Assembly (NCBI GenBank): GCA_004213645.1
Contig: SGZF01000003.1
Span: 2,606-66,605, forward strand
Direction of reading: 5' to 3'
DNA length: 64,000 nt
From: Flavobacteriales bacterium
GTDB taxonomy: Bacteria > Bacteroidota > Bacteroidia > Flavobacteriales > Flavobacteriaceae
Part shown: in pieces, positions 1-12,499 of the stretch
How the letters are laid out: every line of letters starts with the position of its first letter
How positions within the stretch are numbered: position 1 is the first letter of the stretch
Translations under genes and position numbers: made by a program
Notes under the pieces: model-generated
Told to the model about the DNA's origin: nothing
The model's input: the letters and a program-made list of their open reading frames with translations, nothing else
Databases searched by the model: none

Positions 1-2186
1 ATCTTGGTTTTATTGAAACTCCTTATAGAGAAGTGAAAAATGGAAAAATTGATCTAAAAAATATTAAATACTTATCAGCCGAAGAAGAAGAAAATAAATT
101 AATTGCTCAAGCTAACATTGACTATGATAAGTCAGGTAAAATTAAATCTAAAAAAGTTATAGCTAGAGATCAAGCAGACTTTCCTGTTGTAACTCCTGAT
201 AATATAAATTATACAGATATAGCTCCAAATCAAATAGCTTCAATTTCAGCCTCTTTAATTCCATTCTTAGAGCATGATGATGCGAACCGTGCGCTAATGG
301 GATCTAATATGATGCGTCAGGCAGTTCCACTTTTGAAGCCTGAGTCTCCCATTGTTGGTACTGGTCTTGAAAAATCTGTTGCAACAGATTCCAGAGTATT
401 AGTAAATGCTGAAAGAGACGGAGTTGTAGATTACGTTGACTCTAAAAAAATTATAATAAAGTATAAACTCTCAACTGAAGAGAGATTATTAAGTTTTGAT
501 GATGATACGAAAGTTTATGACTTGGTTAAATTCCAAAAAACAAATCAAGGTACATGTATAAATTTAAAACCAATTGTCAATAAAGGCGATCAAGTTTCTA
601 AAGGACAAGTACTATGTGAAGGTTACGCAACTCAAAAAGGAGAATTAGCTCTTGGAAGAAATCTTAAAGTAGCATTTATGCCATGGAAAGGATATAACTT
701 TGAAGATGCTATTGTTATATCAGAGAAAGTTGTAAGAGAAGATATATTTACTTCCATTCATATTGATGAATACTCACTAGATGTAAGGGATACAAAACTT
801 GGTACAGAGGAATTAACTGATGACATTCCAAATGTTAGTGAGGAAGCAACAAAAGAGTTAGATGAAAACGGAATGATAAGAATTGGTGCTGATGTAACAG
901 CCGGAGACATTTTAATTGGAAAAATTACTCCTAAGGGTGAATCAGATCCAACTCCAGAAGAAAAACTGCTAAGAGCAATATTTGGTGATAAAGCAGGAGA
1001 TGTTAAAGATGCTTCTTTAAAAGCCCCACCATCACTTAATGGAATAGTTATTGACAAGAAGCTATTTATTAGATCTTTTAAAGATAAAAGAAGAAGATCT
1101 CAAGATAAAGTTGATCTTGAGTTACTCGAAACTAAATATGAAAAAATTCTTGAAGATTTAAGATTAAAATTAGTCAACAAACTTTCATCAGTTGTAAATG
1201 GAAAAACTTGTCAAGGAGTATTTAATGATTTAGGTGATGAAGTTTTATTAAAGGGAAAGAAATTTTCAAATAAAATGTTGTCTAGTGTAGATGATTACAC
1301 CCATCTTACTAAGGGTGTATGGACTACTTCTGATGATTTAAATACATTAGTTTCAACATTACTTCATAATTATCGAATTCAAGAAAATGATATCCAAGGT
1401 TCTTTAAGAAGAGAAAAGTTTACTATTAGCGTTGGAGATGAACTTCCTCCAGGTATAAAAAAACTAGCTAAGGTTTATATAGCTAAGAAAAGAAAACTTA
1501 AAGTTGGAGATAAAATGGCTGGTAGGCATGGTAATAAAGGTATTGTCGCAAGAATTGTAAGGCAAGAAGATATGCCTTTCTTGGAAGATGGAACTCCTGT
1601 TGACATCGTTTTAAATCCACTTGGTGTTCCCTCTAGGATGAATATAGGTCAAATCTATGAAACTGTTTTAGGATGGGCAGGTAAACAACTTGGAAGAAAG
1701 TTTTCAACTCCAATTTTTGACGGAGCTACTTTAGATGAAATTAATTCTCTTACTGACGAGGCAGGTGTTCCAAGATTTGGACATACATACCTATACGATG
1801 GTGGAACTGGTGAAAAATTTGATCAAGCCGCTACTGTTGGTGTTATTTACATGCTGAAACTTGGTCATATGGTTGATGATAAGATGCATTCAAGATCTAT
1901 TGGTCCTTATAGTTTAATTACTCAGCAACCTCTTGGTGGTAAAGCTCAATTTGGTGGTCAAAGATTCGGAGAGATGGAAGTTTGGGCCTTAGAAGCATAT
2001 GGCGCTTCAAGCGCACTTCAAGAAATTTTAACTATCAAATCAGATGATGTAATAGGTAGAGCAAAAGCCTATGAATCAATTGTAAAAGGTGAAAACCTAC
2101 CTGAGCCTGGTCTTCCTGAATCATTTAATGTACTGATGCATGAGTTAAAAGGGCTTGGACTAGATATAAGATTAGAAGATAAATAA
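1..2186 (+). CDS. rpoB: DNA-directed RNA polymerase subunit beta, C-terminal ~728 codons (5' end lies upstream of the window)
   Basis: The frame is open from nt 3 ([15 protein letters not shown]...), so the Met at 33 is internal. Motifs [49 protein letters not shown]. rpoC follows 15 nt later. Confidence 0.97.
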   Translation, partial: LGFIETPYREVKNGKIDLKNIKYLSAEEEENKLIAQANIDYDKSGKIKSKKVIARDQADFPVVTPDNINYTDIAPNQIASISASLIPFLEHDDANRALMGSNMMRQAVPLLKPESPIVGTGLEKSVATDSRVLVNAERDGVVDYVDSKKIIIKYKLSTEERLLSFDDDTKVYDLVKFQKTNQGTCINLKPIVNKGDQVSKGQVLCEGYATQKGELALGRNLKVAFMPWKGYNFEDAIVISEKVVREDIFTSIHIDEYSLDVRDTKLGTEELTDDIPNVSEEATKELDENGMIRIGADVTAGDILIGKITPKGESDPTPEEKLLRAIFGDKAGDVKDASLKAPPSLNGIVIDKKLFIRSFKDKRRRSQDKVDLELLETKYEKILEDLRLKLVNKLSSVVNGKTCQGVFNDLGDEVLLKGKKFSNKMLSSVDDYTHLTKGVWTTSDDLNTLVSTLLHNYRIQENDIQGSLRREKFTISVGDELPPGIKKLAKVYIAKKRKLKVGDKMAGRHGNKGIVARIVRQEDMPFLEDGTPVDIVLNPLGVPSRMNIGQIYETVLGWAGKQLGRKFSTPIFDGATLDEINSLTDEAGVPRFGHTYLYDGGTGEKFDQAATVGVIYMLKLGHMVDDKMHSRSIGPYSLITQQPLGGKAQFGGQRFGEMEVWALEAYGASSALQEILTIKSDDVIGRAKAYESIVKGENLPEPGLPESFNVLMHELKGLGLDIRLEDK

Positions 2187-2201
2187 TTTATAAATTTTAA
2201 A

Positions 2202-5200
2202 ATGGCAAAAAATAACGAAATATTGACACAACAGAGATTTAATACCATTTCAATTGGTCTTTCTTCTCCTGAAGTAATTCTTGGAAACTCTAGAGGAGAA
2301 GTTCTCAAGCCAGAAACAATTAATTACAGAACACATAAACCTGAAAGAGATGGGCTTTTTTGTGAAAGAATTTTTGGACCTGTAAAAGATTATGAATGTG
2401 CATGTGGTAAATATAAAAGAATAAGATATAAGGGAATAGTTTGTGATAGATGTGGAGTCGAAGTAACTGAAAAGAAAGTTCGTAGAGACAGAGTGGGTCA
2501 TATTAACTTAGTTGTTCCAGTTGCTCATATATGGTATTTTAAATCTTTGCCTAACAAAATAGGTTACTTATTGGGGTTACCATCCAAAAAGCTTGATATG
2601 ATAATATATTATGAAAGATATGTTGTTATTCAACCAGGGGAAGCAAAAAATTCTGAAGGTGAACTTGTAAATAAAATGGATTTTCTTACGGAAGAAGAAT
2701 ACTTAAATATAATGGAGACTCTCCCTGCAGATAATCAATTCTTAGATGATTCAGATGAGAGAAAGTTTATTGCTAAGATGGGAGCCGAGTGTTTAATCGA
2801 ATTACTTTCAAGAATTGATTTAGAAGAGCTTTCATATGAGTTAAGACATAAAGCAAATACTGAGACCTCAAAGCAAAGAAAAACAGAGGCACTTAAAAGA
2901 TTACAAGTTGTTGAGTCATTTAGGGAAGGTAACGAAAGAAAAGAAAATCTACCAGAGTGGATGGTAGTGAAGGTGATTCCAGTAATTCCGCCAGAGTTGA
3001 GACCTTTAGTTCCTCTTGATGGAGGAAGGTTTGCTACATCGGACTTAAATGATTTGTATAGAAGAGTTATAATAAGAAATAACAGATTGAAAAGGTTAGT
3101 TGAAATTAAAGCTCCTGAAGTAATTTTAAGAAATGAAAAAAGGATGCTTCAAGAATCTGTTGATTCATTATTTGACAACACTAGAAAATCTTCAGCGGTT
3201 AAAACTGAATCTAATAGGCCATTAAAGTCTTTGTCAGACTCGCTTAAAGGAAAACAAGGTCGTTTTAGACAGAATCTTCTTGGAAAAAGAGTAGACTACT
3301 CTGCAAGGTCTGTTATTGTAGTTGGACCTGAGCTCAGATTGTATGAATGTGGATTACCAAAAGATATGGCGGCTGAGTTATATAAGCCATTTATTATAAG
3401 GAAACTTATAGAAAGAGGTATAGTAAAAACTGTTAAGTCAGCGAAAAAAATTATCGATAGAAGAGAACCTGTGGTTTGGGATATATTAGAGAATGTTTTA
3501 AAAGGTCATCCTGTTTTGCTAAACAGAGCACCAACCCTTCATAGGCTTGGTATTCAAGCATTTCAACCAAAACTTATTGAAGGAAAGGCTATTCAGCTTC
3601 ATCCTCTAACTTGTACTGCTTTTAATGCAGACTTTGATGGTGATCAAATGGCAGTTCATCTTCCACTTGGTCCAGAAGCTATTCTTGAGGCCCAGTTGTT
3701 GATGTTAGGATCACATAATATTCTAAATCCAGCAAATGGTTCTCCTATTACTGTTCCGTCTCAAGATATGGTTTTAGGATTATATTATATGACTAAGTCC
3801 AGGAAATCATCTGAGTCGTTAAAATTGAAAGGTGAAGGGTTGACATTTTATTCTTCTGAAGAGGTCAATATGGCTTACAATGAGAAAATTGTTGATCTTA
3901 ATGCTATTATTAAGTGTAAAGTTCAAACATCAGAATCTGATGATTCATATGAAATTATTGAAACTACTCCTGGAAGAATTTTCTTTAACGAAGTTGTTCC
4001 AAAAAAGGCTGGCTATTTTAACGAGGTTCTTACAAAAAAGAATTTGAGAGAAATTATAGGTCAAATTCTGCATGTAACTAGTGTTCCTGAAACTGCTGAC
4101 TTCCTTGATAAAATTAAAGATCTTGGATATACCTTTGCATTTAGAGGTGGTTTATCTTTCAGTTTAGGAGATATTATTATTCCAGAACAAAAACAAAATC
4201 TTATAAATGATGCAAATAGTCAGGTAGATGGAATTATAGGCAACTATAATATGGGTCTAATTACTAATAATGAGAGATATAATCAAGTGATAGATGTGTG
4301 GACTTCCGCTAATGCAACATTAACTGAGCTGGCTATGAAACAGATTAGTGAAGATCAACAAGGATTTAATTCTGTTTATATGATGCTTGACTCTGGAGCA
4401 AGAGGATCTAAAGAGCAAATTAGACAATTAACAGGAATGAGAGGTCTGATGGCTAAACCTAAAAAGTCAAATATTGGAGGTGGAGAAATAATTGAAAATC
4501 CAATTTTATCAAACTTTAAGGAAGGATTGTCAATTCTAGAATACTTCATTTCAACTCATGGTGCAAGAAAAGGTCTTGCTGATACCGCATTAAAAACTGC
4601 AGATGCTGGTTATTTAACCAGAAGACTAGTCGATGTATCTCAAGATGTGATTGTTAATGAATTTGACTGTAGTACATTAAGAGGAATTGAAGTTACAGCA
4701 CTAAAAAAGAATGAGGAGGTAGTTGAAACCTTAGGCGAGAGAATTCTTGGTAGAGTTGCTCTTAATGATATAGTGGACCCATCATCAAATGAAATTATTG
4801 TTGAAGGTGGAGATTTAATTACTGAAGATTATATTAGTAAAATAGAATCCTCTTTAATTACTTCAGTTGAAGTAAGGTCTCCTTTAACATGTGAGACAAA
4901 ACGAGGTATTTGTGCAAAATGTTATGGAAGAAACCTTGCTACATCAAAACCTGTTCAAATAGGTGAAGCAGTTGGAGTTGTTGCTGCTCAATCAATTGGT
5001 GAACCTGGAACACAGCTAACTTTAAGAACTTTCCATGTCGGTGGTGTGGCAGGTAATATTTCTGAAGAAAACTCATTAATTTCAAGATTTGACGGAATTG
5101 CTGAAATTGAAGACTTAAAAGTTGTTAAAACTAAAGACAATGAAGGAAATCTATCAAACATTGTTATTTCTCGTACTTCAGAAATAAAAATATTGGATTC

Positions 5201-6500
5201 TAAAACTAGGAATATTTTAAGTACAAAGAATATACCTTATGGATCCTATCTTAACATAAAAAATGGACAGAAATTATCTAAAGGAGATATAATTTGTCAG
5301 TGGGATCCGTTCAATGGGGTTATTGTTTCAGAATTCTCAGGTAAGATTATTTATGAAAACATTGAAATTGGAAAGACTTATCAGGTTGAGATTGATGAGC
5401 AGACTGGTTTTAAAGAAAAAGTTATTACAGATTCTAGAGATAAAAAACTTATCCCAACACTTCTTATTCAAGATAAAAAAGGAGTAACTATTAGATCATA
5501 CAACCTTCCAGTAGGTGCTCATATTATTGTTGATGAAGATCAGTCTATTGAAAAAGGAAAGATTTTAGTTAAAATTCCTAGAAAATCTGCAAAGTCGGGT
5601 GATATTACTGGAGGTCTACCTCGAGTTACTGAATTATTTGAAGCAAGAAACCCTTCAAATCCCGCTGTTGTTTCTGAGATAGATGGAGTTGTTGCTTTTG
5701 GTAAAATTAAAAGAGGTAATAGGGAAATTATTGTAGAATCAAAATTTGGAGATATAAGGAAATATCTTGTTAAACTTTCAAATCAAATTCTTGTTCAGGA
5801 AAATGACTTTATAAAAGCTGGTATGCCTTTATCTGATGGTTCAATTACTCCTAATGATATTTTAAATATTAAAGGACCTTCTGCTGTTCAACAATATCTT
5901 GTTAACGAAGTTCAAGAAGTTTATAGACTCCAAGGTGTTAAGATTAATGATAAACACTTTGAAGTTGTAGTTAGACAAATGATGAGAAAAGTTAAAATAA
6001 TTGATCCAGGTGACACATTATTTTTAGAAGACCAATTAACTTATAAAGATGAGTTTATTTCTCAAAATGATAATTTATATGGTGTTAAGGTTGTAGAAGA
6101 TTCTGGCGATAGTGAAAATTTAAAAGTTGGACAACTTATCTCAGCTAGAAATCTCAGAGATGAAAACTCTATTCTTAAAAGAGATGACAAAAAACTGGTA
6201 GATGCAAGAGATGCTAAACCAGCTACTGCTTCTACTCAATTACAAGGTATTACTAGAGCATCCCTTCAAACAAAATCATTTATTTCAGCTGCATCATTCC
6301 AAGAAACAACTAAGGTTTTAAATGAAGCTGCTGTTAATGGTAAGAATGATACTTTAGAAGGTCTTAAAGAGAATGTTATTGTTGGTCATAAAATTCCAGC
6401 TGGAACAGGTATGAGAAAATACAATGATATAATAGTAGGTCCTAAAGACGAATACAACAGCCTGCTTATTAACAAAGAAGAGGAAGAGCTAAATTATTAA
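2202..6500 (+). CDS. rpoC: DNA-directed RNA polymerase subunit beta'
   Basis: 1432 aa. N-terminal Zn-binding cysteines ([19 protein letters not shown]), catalytic [12 protein letters not shown], trigger-loop region [13 protein letters not shown]. Confidence 0.98.
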   Translation: MAKNNEILTQQRFNTISIGLSSPEVILGNSRGEVLKPETINYRTHKPERDGLFCERIFGPVKDYECACGKYKRIRYKGIVCDRCGVEVTEKKVRRDRVGHINLVVPVAHIWYFKSLPNKIGYLLGLPSKKLDMIIYYERYVVIQPGEAKNSEGELVNKMDFLTEEEYLNIMETLPADNQFLDDSDERKFIAKMGAECLIELLSRIDLEELSYELRHKANTETSKQRKTEALKRLQVVESFREGNERKENLPEWMVVKVIPVIPPELRPLVPLDGGRFATSDLNDLYRRVIIRNNRLKRLVEIKAPEVILRNEKRMLQESVDSLFDNTRKSSAVKTESNRPLKSLSDSLKGKQGRFRQNLLGKRVDYSARSVIVVGPELRLYECGLPKDMAAELYKPFIIRKLIERGIVKTVKSAKKIIDRREPVVWDILENVLKGHPVLLNRAPTLHRLGIQAFQPKLIEGKAIQLHPLTCTAFNADFDGDQMAVHLPLGPEAILEAQLLMLGSHNILNPANGSPITVPSQDMVLGLYYMTKSRKSSESLKLKGEGLTFYSSEEVNMAYNEKIVDLNAIIKCKVQTSESDDSYEIIETTPGRIFFNEVVPKKAGYFNEVLTKKNLREIIGQILHVTSVPETADFLDKIKDLGYTFAFRGGLSFSLGDIIIPEQKQNLINDANSQVDGIIGNYNMGLITNNERYNQVIDVWTSANATLTELAMKQISEDQQGFNSVYMMLDSGARGSKEQIRQLTGMRGLMAKPKKSNIGGGEIIENPILSNFKEGLSILEYFISTHGARKGLADTALKTADAGYLTRRLVDVSQDVIVNEFDCSTLRGIEVTALKKNEEVVETLGERILGRVALNDIVDPSSNEIIVEGGDLITEDYISKIESSLITSVEVRSPLTCETKRGICAKCYGRNLATSKPVQIGEAVGVVAAQSIGEPGTQLTLRTFHVGGVAGNISEENSLISRFDGIAEIEDLKVVKTKDNEGNLSNIVISRTSEIKILDSKTRNILSTKNIPYGSYLNIKNGQKLSKGDIICQWDPFNGVIVSEFSGKIIYENIEIGKTYQVEIDEQTGFKEKVITDSRDKKLIPTLLIQDKKGVTIRSYNLPVGAHIIVDEDQSIEKGKILVKIPRKSAKSGDITGGLPRVTELFEARNPSNPAVVSEIDGVVAFGKIKRGNREIIVESKFGDIRKYLVKLSNQILVQENDFIKAGMPLSDGSITPNDILNIKGPSAVQQYLVNEVQEVYRLQGVKINDKHFEVVVRQMMRKVKIIDPGDTLFLEDQLTYKDEFISQNDNLYGVKVVEDSGDSENLKVGQLISARNLRDENSILKRDDKKLVDARDAKPATASTQLQGITRASLQTKSFISAASFQETTKVLNEAAVNGKNDTLEGLKENVIVGHKIPAGTGMRKYNDIIVGPKDEYNSLLINKEEEELNY

Positions 6501-6509
6501 GTTGACTCA

Positions 6510-7028
6510 ATGTCAGACGATAAAGTAATTTTGGTAGATAAAAATGATAATCAAGTTGGATTAATGCCTAAGCTTGAAGCTCATGAGAAGGGTCTTTTAC
6601 ATAGGGCTTTTTCAGTTTTTATTTTTAATAATGAATACAAATTATTACTTCAAAAAAGAGCAACATCTAAGTATCATTCGGGAGGTCTATGGACAAATAC
6701 ATGCTGCAGTCATCCTAGAGAAGGTGAAGATATATCAGAGGCAGCTAACAGAAGACTATTTGAAGAAATGGGAATTAAAACTAGCCTTAGAAAGGTTTAT
6801 GATTTCATCTATAAGGCAGAACTTGACAATGGACTAACTGAAAATGAATTTGATCATGTTTTCTATGGTGTTTATGATAAAGAGCCTAAAATAAATCTAG
6901 AAGAAGCTGATGATTATAAATGGATGGACATGGATAGTCTCAATGACGATATAAATAATAATGGAGGAAACTATACAGTTTGGTTTAAAATAGCTTTTGA
7001 GTATTTTTATAATTATTTAAAAAAATGA
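6510..7028 (+). CDS. idi: Isopentenyl-diphosphate delta-isomerase, type 1 (Nudix fold)
   Basis: 172 aa. LHRAFSVFIFN...LLLQKRA..K.HSGGLWTNTCCSHP (catalytic Cys region) and ENEFDHVF (catalytic Glu region) match the type 1 IDI pattern. Confidence 0.85.
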   Translation: MSDDKVILVDKNDNQVGLMPKLEAHEKGLLHRAFSVFIFNNEYKLLLQKRATSKYHSGGLWTNTCCSHPREGEDISEAANRRLFEEMGIKTSLRKVYDFIYKAELDNGLTENEFDHVFYGVYDKEPKINLEEADDYKWMDMDSLNDDINNNGGNYTVWFKIAFEYFYNYLKK

Positions 7029-7432
7029 AAGTAACAGTTAGTAGAAAAGCTCATTTTAATGCAGCACATAAATTATTTAGACCTGATTGGACAGATGAAA
7101 AAAATAATAAAGTTTTTGGAAAATGTGCTAATAAGAATTTTCATGGTCATAATTATGAGTTAATAGTAAGTTTAACAGGTGATATTGATAAAGAAACAGG
7201 ATATGTATATGATCTAGGTAAACTAAAAAAAATTATAAAATTAGAGGTTGAAGATTATCTAGATCATAAAAATTTAAATTTAGATATAGATGATTTTAAA
7301 TCATCCAATCCTTCTGCCGAAAATATTGCTATTTTAATTTATAATAAATTAATTAGTTATTTTGATGATAGTTATAAGCTCAAAATAACTTTGTATGAAA
7401 CCCCAAGAAATTTCGTTGAATATAGTGGCTAA
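7025..7432 (+). CDS. queD: 6-carboxy-5,6,7,8-tetrahydropterin synthase / 6-pyruvoyl-tetrahydropterin synthase family
   Basis: 135 aa. FNAAHKL, active-site Cys in GKCANKNFHGHNYEL, C-terminal YETPRN. Its ATGA start overlaps the idi stop. Confidence 0.85.
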   Translation: MKVTVSRKAHFNAAHKLFRPDWTDEKNNKVFGKCANKNFHGHNYELIVSLTGDIDKETGYVYDLGKLKKIIKLEVEDYLDHKNLNLDIDDFKSSNPSAENIAILIYNKLISYFDDSYKLKITLYETPRNFVEYSG

Positions 7433-8133
7433 TTAGTGATAATTTCCTCTAAAATTTTACCATATTTAGATTCTCTAATTTCCATAGATAAAGTGTCATA
7501 TAATTTAATAAGCAAATCTTTGTTAGCATCAGGAATCTGACTAACTGCTATATAAGGTGATACTTCATATAAAGAATTAGTTATTGAGAAGTTTAAACTG
7601 TATAAGTATTTTCTTTTTATTAATTTTTCTATTTGATTATTTACAGAGTCAATTCTATCTTGGTTTTGTTCTATTTGAGCATTATAAAAAATTTCAAGCA
7701 AATCAAGATTTTGAAGATTATAATTTCTAATAATAGAAAAATATTCAAGTAACAAATCAGTATTCTTTGAACCTGATATTTCGAAGCTAGAGTCAAAATT
7801 TATTAATCGAGTATTAATATTGATTTCCCCTTTGTTTCCAAAGAATGTTATTATATCATTTAATGAATCACCATCATTTTTATCTAGGTATAAATAGAAT
7901 ATATCTGGTTCATTAATAACTGCTTCAAGTTTAAATTCTGTATTTCCCTTCATAATAACAGAATCTAACGATACTATTGTTGAGTCGATTTGTTTCTGAA
8001 GATAAAGAGTTCCTTTTTTTAGTCCATCAACCTCACCTGTAATAATCATATTATTTTTGTCATTACTACATGAGATAGATAATAGGGTAATTATATAAAA
8101 TACTATTTTTCTCATCTTTAAATATTTAGCCAA
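7429..8133 (-). CDS. Lipoprotein, DUF4369-like N-terminal domain, no thioredoxin CxxC module
   Basis: Signal peptide with lipobox (LLSISC). ITGEVDGLKKGTLYLQK is typical of the DUF4369 beta-sandwich, and the remainder is helical. The family call is from memory of the pattern only. Confidence 0.5.
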   Translation of the reverse strand: MAKYLKMRKIVFYIITLLSISCSNDKNNMIITGEVDGLKKGTLYLQKQIDSTIVSLDSVIMKGNTEFKLEAVINEPDIFYLYLDKNDGDSLNDIITFFGNKGEININTRLINFDSSFEISGSKNTDLLLEYFSIIRNYNLQNLDLLEIFYNAQIEQNQDRIDSVNNQIEKLIKRKYLYSLNFSITNSLYEVSPYIAVSQIPDANKDLLIKLYDTLSMEIRESKYGKILEEIITN

Positions 8134-8279
8134 TATTTTAATTTAAGATTAATTGATCTAAGTTGAGGTATTATTTGGCAATAAACAAGCAAAAAAAATA
8201 CAATGTAAATTTTCAATGGTTTTTTTATCATCTAAAATTAATATTTTACACCTAAATAAGATAATACTTATTAGAGTAT

Positions 8280-8287
8280 TATATTTG
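8280..8287 (+). promoter_or_regulatory. Candidate -7 box TATATTTG upstream of the S1/P1 nuclease gene
   Basis: Matches TAnnTTTG 22 nt before ATG 8309, in the 175-nt divergent intergenic region. Confidence 0.35.
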
Positions 8288-8308
8288 ATTTAAATTAAGT
8301 TAAAAATT

Positions 8309-9079
8309 ATGAAATTTGTAATTTTTATTGTTCTTAGTATCTTATCTAGTTTAAATTGGGGATCGACTGGTCACAGAGTAATTGCAGAAGTTGCAACTAA
8401 TTACTTGACAGATAATGCAAGATTTAAAATTAATAAAATACTTGATGGAGAGACTCTTGTAAATGCTTCAACATTCGCCGATGATATAAAGTCTGATAGT
8501 AGATATGATAAGTATTATGATTGGCATTTTTTAAATATGGAATTAGATGATGAGTATGAAGAAATAATCCCATCTAATAAGGGAGATGTTTATTTGGCTA
8601 TAAATCAATGTATAGATATCATAGAAAGTGATTCGGCATCTGATTCAGATAAATCATTCTATCTTAAATTACTTGTTCATTTCGTTGGTGATCTTCATCA
8701 GCCCCTACATATTGGAAGATATGAGGACAGAGGTGCTAATAGAATATATGTAAAATGGTTTGGAAGAAATTCAAATCTTCATAGAGTATGGGACTCAGAG
8801 ATGATAAATAGTCATAATATGAGCTATAGTGAGCTAGCATTAAATCTTCCAAATCCAGATTTTTTAATATTAACAGAAAAAGCTAAAGATTTTGAAAGGA
8901 ATGATATCTTAAATTGGGTAGATGAAATCCATGAATACACTAACAAAATTTATCGTGATGTATCAATTGATGATAAACTAGGTTATGAATACCAATACAA
9001 AAACTTTGGAACAGTAAAAGACCTTTTACTAATTGGTGGAATTAGATTATCTAAAATTCTAAATTATTTATTTGATTAA
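8309..9079 (+). CDS. S1/P1 family nuclease (secreted)
   Basis: Signal peptide followed by mature N-terminus WGSTGHRVIAEVA. Zn ligand motifs HFVGDLHQPLH and NLHRVWD. Confidence 0.85.
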   Translation: MKFVIFIVLSILSSLNWGSTGHRVIAEVATNYLTDNARFKINKILDGETLVNASTFADDIKSDSRYDKYYDWHFLNMELDDEYEEIIPSNKGDVYLAINQCIDIIESDSASDSDKSFYLKLLVHFVGDLHQPLHIGRYEDRGANRIYVKWFGRNSNLHRVWDSEMINSHNMSYSELALNLPNPDFLILTEKAKDFERNDILNWVDEIHEYTNKIYRDVSIDDKLGYEYQYKNFGTVKDLLLIGGIRLSKILNYLFD

Positions 9080-10933
9080 ATCAATACTTCTATTTATAAA
9101 TTCTGTAAGTTCCTTTCCAGTAAGAGTATTCTGAGAAAGTTTTGCTAGATCTACAGATTGTTTTATTAGACTATTTCTTTTTTTCTCTGTCCTGGTATTT
9201 AATATTTTACTCACTAATTCATGATTAGTATTTACGATTAGAGAGAACATATCAGGCATACTTCCCATTCCACCACCACCTGTTTGTTGCATCTCTTTCA
9301 TTCTTCTCATAAATTCAGGTTGAGCAAGCATGAATGGTAAAGACTTACTATCTAAAGGCTCAAGTTGAACTGTGTATTTATCATCAGAAACTGCACTCTC
9401 AATCATTGGTTTTAATTTATCTTTTTCTTCATCAGATAATTTAGATACTACTTGATCATCTTTTTTGATTAGATTTTCTAATGTGTCAGAATCAACTCTT
9501 GAAAATTTGAGTTTTTCTTTTTTTGATTCAAGTTTCTGAATCAAATGAGGGATAATAGGTGAATCTAATAACAAAACCTCATAACCTTTATCCTTTGCAG
9601 ATTCAATGTAAGTATATTGCTCATCTTTATTTTGCGCATACAAAATAATTAAGTTGCCATCTTTATCAGTCTGTAAATCTTTAGTTTTTTTCTCTAGCTC
9701 CTCGAACGTATAGTAATTTTCATTAACAGATGGATATAAATTAAATGATTCAGCTTTATCATAGAACTTATCTTCTGTAAGCATTCCGTACTCAATAACA
9801 ACTTTTATGTCATTCCATTTACTTTCAAGATTTTCTCTTTCATTTTTAAATATTGAACCTAATTTATCTGCGACTTTTCTTGTAATGTAATTAGTAATTT
9901 TTTTTACTGACGTATCAGATTGAAGATAACTTCTGGAAACATTAAGTGGAATATCTGGTGAGTCTATAACTCCTTTTAATAAACCCAAAAATTCAGGAAC
10001 AATACCCTCTACATTATCAGTTACAAACACTTGATTTTGATAAAGTTGTATTCTGTCTTTTTGAAGATTAAGATCATTTGATATTTTTGGAAAATATAAG
10101 ATTCCTGTAAGATTAAATGGATAATCGACATTAAGATGAATGTGAAATAATGGTTCTTCAAATTGATATGGATATAATTCTCTATAAAATTGATTGTAAT
10201 CCTCATCTTTTAACTCAGATGGAGGTCTTGTCCAGGCTGGATTAGGATTATTTATGATATTATCAACAGTAACCTTTTTATCTTTATCTTTTTCTTTCCC
10301 TGGAGTAGACTCCTCCTTTGTGCCAAATTTGATTGGGTGAGGCATAAACTTATTATACTTGTTAAGTAGTTCTGTAATTTTACTATCCTCAAGATAATCT
10401 TTCGAATCTTTTGAAATATGAAGTATAATTTCAGTACCCCTTTCTTTTTTATCACTCTTTTTTATGCTGTATTCAGGAGAACCATCACAAATCCAATGAG
10501 CACCAGGTTCATCTAAAAAAGATTTTGTAATGATCTCAACTTTGTCAGCAACCATAAAAGATGAATAAAAACCAAGACCAAAGTGACCAATTATACCAGT
10601 ATCATTAGATGTTTCTTTATATTTTTCTAAAAACTCTTCTGCTCCTGAAAAAGCAACATCATTAATGTATTTTTTCACCTCATTTAATGTCATTCCAACT
10701 CCATTGTCAATAATGTGAAGTGTTTTTTTCTTTTTGTTAATTCTAATATCAACCCCAAGTTTTCCAATTTCTCCTTTAACTTCTCCTACGCTTGACAAAT
10801 GTTGAATTTTTGTTAATGCATCTGTAGCATTTGAAATAAGTTCTCTTAAAAAAATTTCTTGATCACTGTATAAAAACTTTTTTATAAGTGGAAATATATT
10901 TTCAACTGAAACATTAATTTTTCCTTTAGCCAT
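9068..10933 (-). CDS. htpG: Molecular chaperone HtpG (Hsp90)
   Basis: 621 aa. GHKL ATPase N-domain motifs RELISNATDAL, IIDNGVGMT, GHFGLGFYSSFMVA. Confidence 0.96.
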   Translation of the reverse strand: MAKGKINVSVENIFPLIKKFLYSDQEIFLRELISNATDALTKIQHLSSVGEVKGEIGKLGVDIRINKKKKTLHIIDNGVGMTLNEVKKYINDVAFSGAEEFLEKYKETSNDTGIIGHFGLGFYSSFMVADKVEIITKSFLDEPGAHWICDGSPEYSIKKSDKKERGTEIILHISKDSKDYLEDSKITELLNKYNKFMPHPIKFGTKEESTPGKEKDKDKKVTVDNIINNPNPAWTRPPSELKDEDYNQFYRELYPYQFEEPLFHIHLNVDYPFNLTGILYFPKISNDLNLQKDRIQLYQNQVFVTDNVEGIVPEFLGLLKGVIDSPDIPLNVSRSYLQSDTSVKKITNYITRKVADKLGSIFKNERENLESKWNDIKVVIEYGMLTEDKFYDKAESFNLYPSVNENYYTFEELEKKTKDLQTDKDGNLIILYAQNKDEQYTYIESAKDKGYEVLLLDSPIIPHLIQKLESKKEKLKFSRVDSDTLENLIKKDDQVVSKLSDEEKDKLKPMIESAVSDDKYTVQLEPLDSKSLPFMLAQPEFMRRMKEMQQTGGGGMGSMPDMFSLIVNTNHELVSKILNTRTEKKRNSLIKQSVDLAKLSQNTLTGKELTEFINRSIDLIK

Positions 10934-10994
10934 AATAATTTTTATTTAATTAAATACAAAAAAAATACCAATTGATAAACATGACAAAGTGACA

Positions 10995-12449
10995 TTATTT
11001 TCTAATTAAATAAAGCCCTATAAAATTAATTAATCCATTAAATGGCAGAAGTTCATATCCTATTGAGTATCCTCCAATTAGATCTTTAGGAATATTTCCA
11101 ATCAGTATTATTAGAATTATATTAATTATTACAACTAAATAGACTTTATTATCATCTATTTTAAATCTGGTAAATATTCCAAAAGCAAATAAGCCCAATA
11201 GTGGACCATAGGTATATTGAGCTACAGTTAACAAACTATCAATAACATTTTTATCTAAGTAGTACCTAAAAAAAATTACTACTACTATGAGTAAAATGCT
11301 CATAAGTACATGTACATATTTTCTAGTTTTTTTTGAACTGGACTTAGTGCTATCAACTTTTAATATATCTACACAAAAAGAGGTGGTTAGAGATGTTAAT
11401 GCACTATCAGCACTACTATATGCTGCAGCTATTAAGCCTAAAATGAAAGTTATTCCTAAAAATCCACCAAGACCAGATCTTAGAGCAATTTCAGGAAATA
11501 GAAGATCACTTCTAGGACTATTATCAACTAATGGAATATTAATGCCATTTTGATTTGAATAGATAAATAAAAGTGCTCCTAGAAGTATGAATAAGAATGT
11601 CACTAAAGTAAGAATAAAGCTAAAAACAATCATATTCTTTTTGGCTTCTTTCAAATTCTTACATGTAAGGTTTTTTTGCATCATGTCTTGATCCAAACCA
11701 GTCATACAAATTGTTATAAATGATCCTCCAATAATTGATTTTAAAAAATAATTTCTCTCCATTATACTTTCTGTTATAAATATTTTATTAAACTCTTTAA
11801 AATCGCTTGAGGTAACAAATTCAGTAAATGACCAACCGATATCTTTATTGATATAGTGGATAGATAGAATAACTGCAAGAATCATTAAAGTTGTTTGTAT
11901 TGTGTCTGTCCAAACAATTGTCTTAATTCCACCTCTTCTTGTATATAGCCATATTAATAAAATTGAAATAATTACAGTTATTTCAAAAGGTATTCCAAAG
12001 TCATCTAAAACAAATTCCTGAAGAACAATAGCAACGAGATATAGTCTAAATGATGCACCTAAAATTCTTGATATTAAAAATGAAATTGATCCAACTAGAT
12101 GGGATTTTTTTCCAAATCGTTTAAATAAGTATTCATAAATAGATGTTAATCCAAGGTTATAATAAACAGGTAATAACAAGTTAGCGACTATTAAATATCC
12201 TATTAAATATCCAAGTACAACTTGAAAATATGTAAATTGAGATTCACCAACCCATCCTGGAACTGAAATAAAGGTAACTCCTGAAAGAGAAGCTCCAACC
12301 ATTCCAAAAGCGACAACAGCCCAATTTGAGCTTCTTTTAGCATTAAAAAATGTTTCATTACTATCTTCTTTACCGGTAAAATAAGAGATTACAGTTAATA
12401 TCAAAAAATAAGATATTATAGCAAATAAAATAGTTTGTGGAGATAACAT
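10995..12449 (-). CDS. Sodium:solute symporter family transporter
   Basis: About 13 predicted TM segments and an SSF-like N-terminus (FFNAKRSSNWAVVAFGMVGASLSGVTFISVPG). I chose the start at internal Met (MLSPQTILF...), because the longer ORF to 12512 would overlap the divergent recR. Confidence 0.85.
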   Translation of the reverse strand: MLSPQTILFAIISYFLILTVISYFTGKEDSNETFFNAKRSSNWAVVAFGMVGASLSGVTFISVPGWVGESQFTYFQVVLGYLIGYLIVANLLLPVYYNLGLTSIYEYLFKRFGKKSHLVGSISFLISRILGASFRLYLVAIVLQEFVLDDFGIPFEITVIISILLIWLYTRRGGIKTIVWTDTIQTTLMILAVILSIHYINKDIGWSFTEFVTSSDFKEFNKIFITESIMERNYFLKSIIGGSFITICMTGLDQDMMQKNLTCKNLKEAKKNMIVFSFILTLVTFLFILLGALLFIYSNQNGINIPLVDNSPRSDLLFPEIALRSGLGGFLGITFILGLIAAAYSSADSALTSLTTSFCVDILKVDSTKSSSKKTRKYVHVLMSILLIVVVIFFRYYLDKNVIDSLLTVAQYTYGPLLGLFAFGIFTRFKIDDNKVYLVVIINIILIILIGNIPKDLIGGYSIGYELLPFNGLINFIGLYLIRK

Positions 12450-12487
12450 TTTTATAAATATACGAAAGAACTTACAACGAATATTTC

Positions 12488-12495
12488 TAAATTTG
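12488..12495 (+). promoter_or_regulatory. Candidate -7 box TAAATTTG immediately upstream of recR
   Basis: Matches TAnnTTTG and ends 4 nt before ATG 12500. Confidence 0.3.
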
Positions 12496-12499
12496 TATA

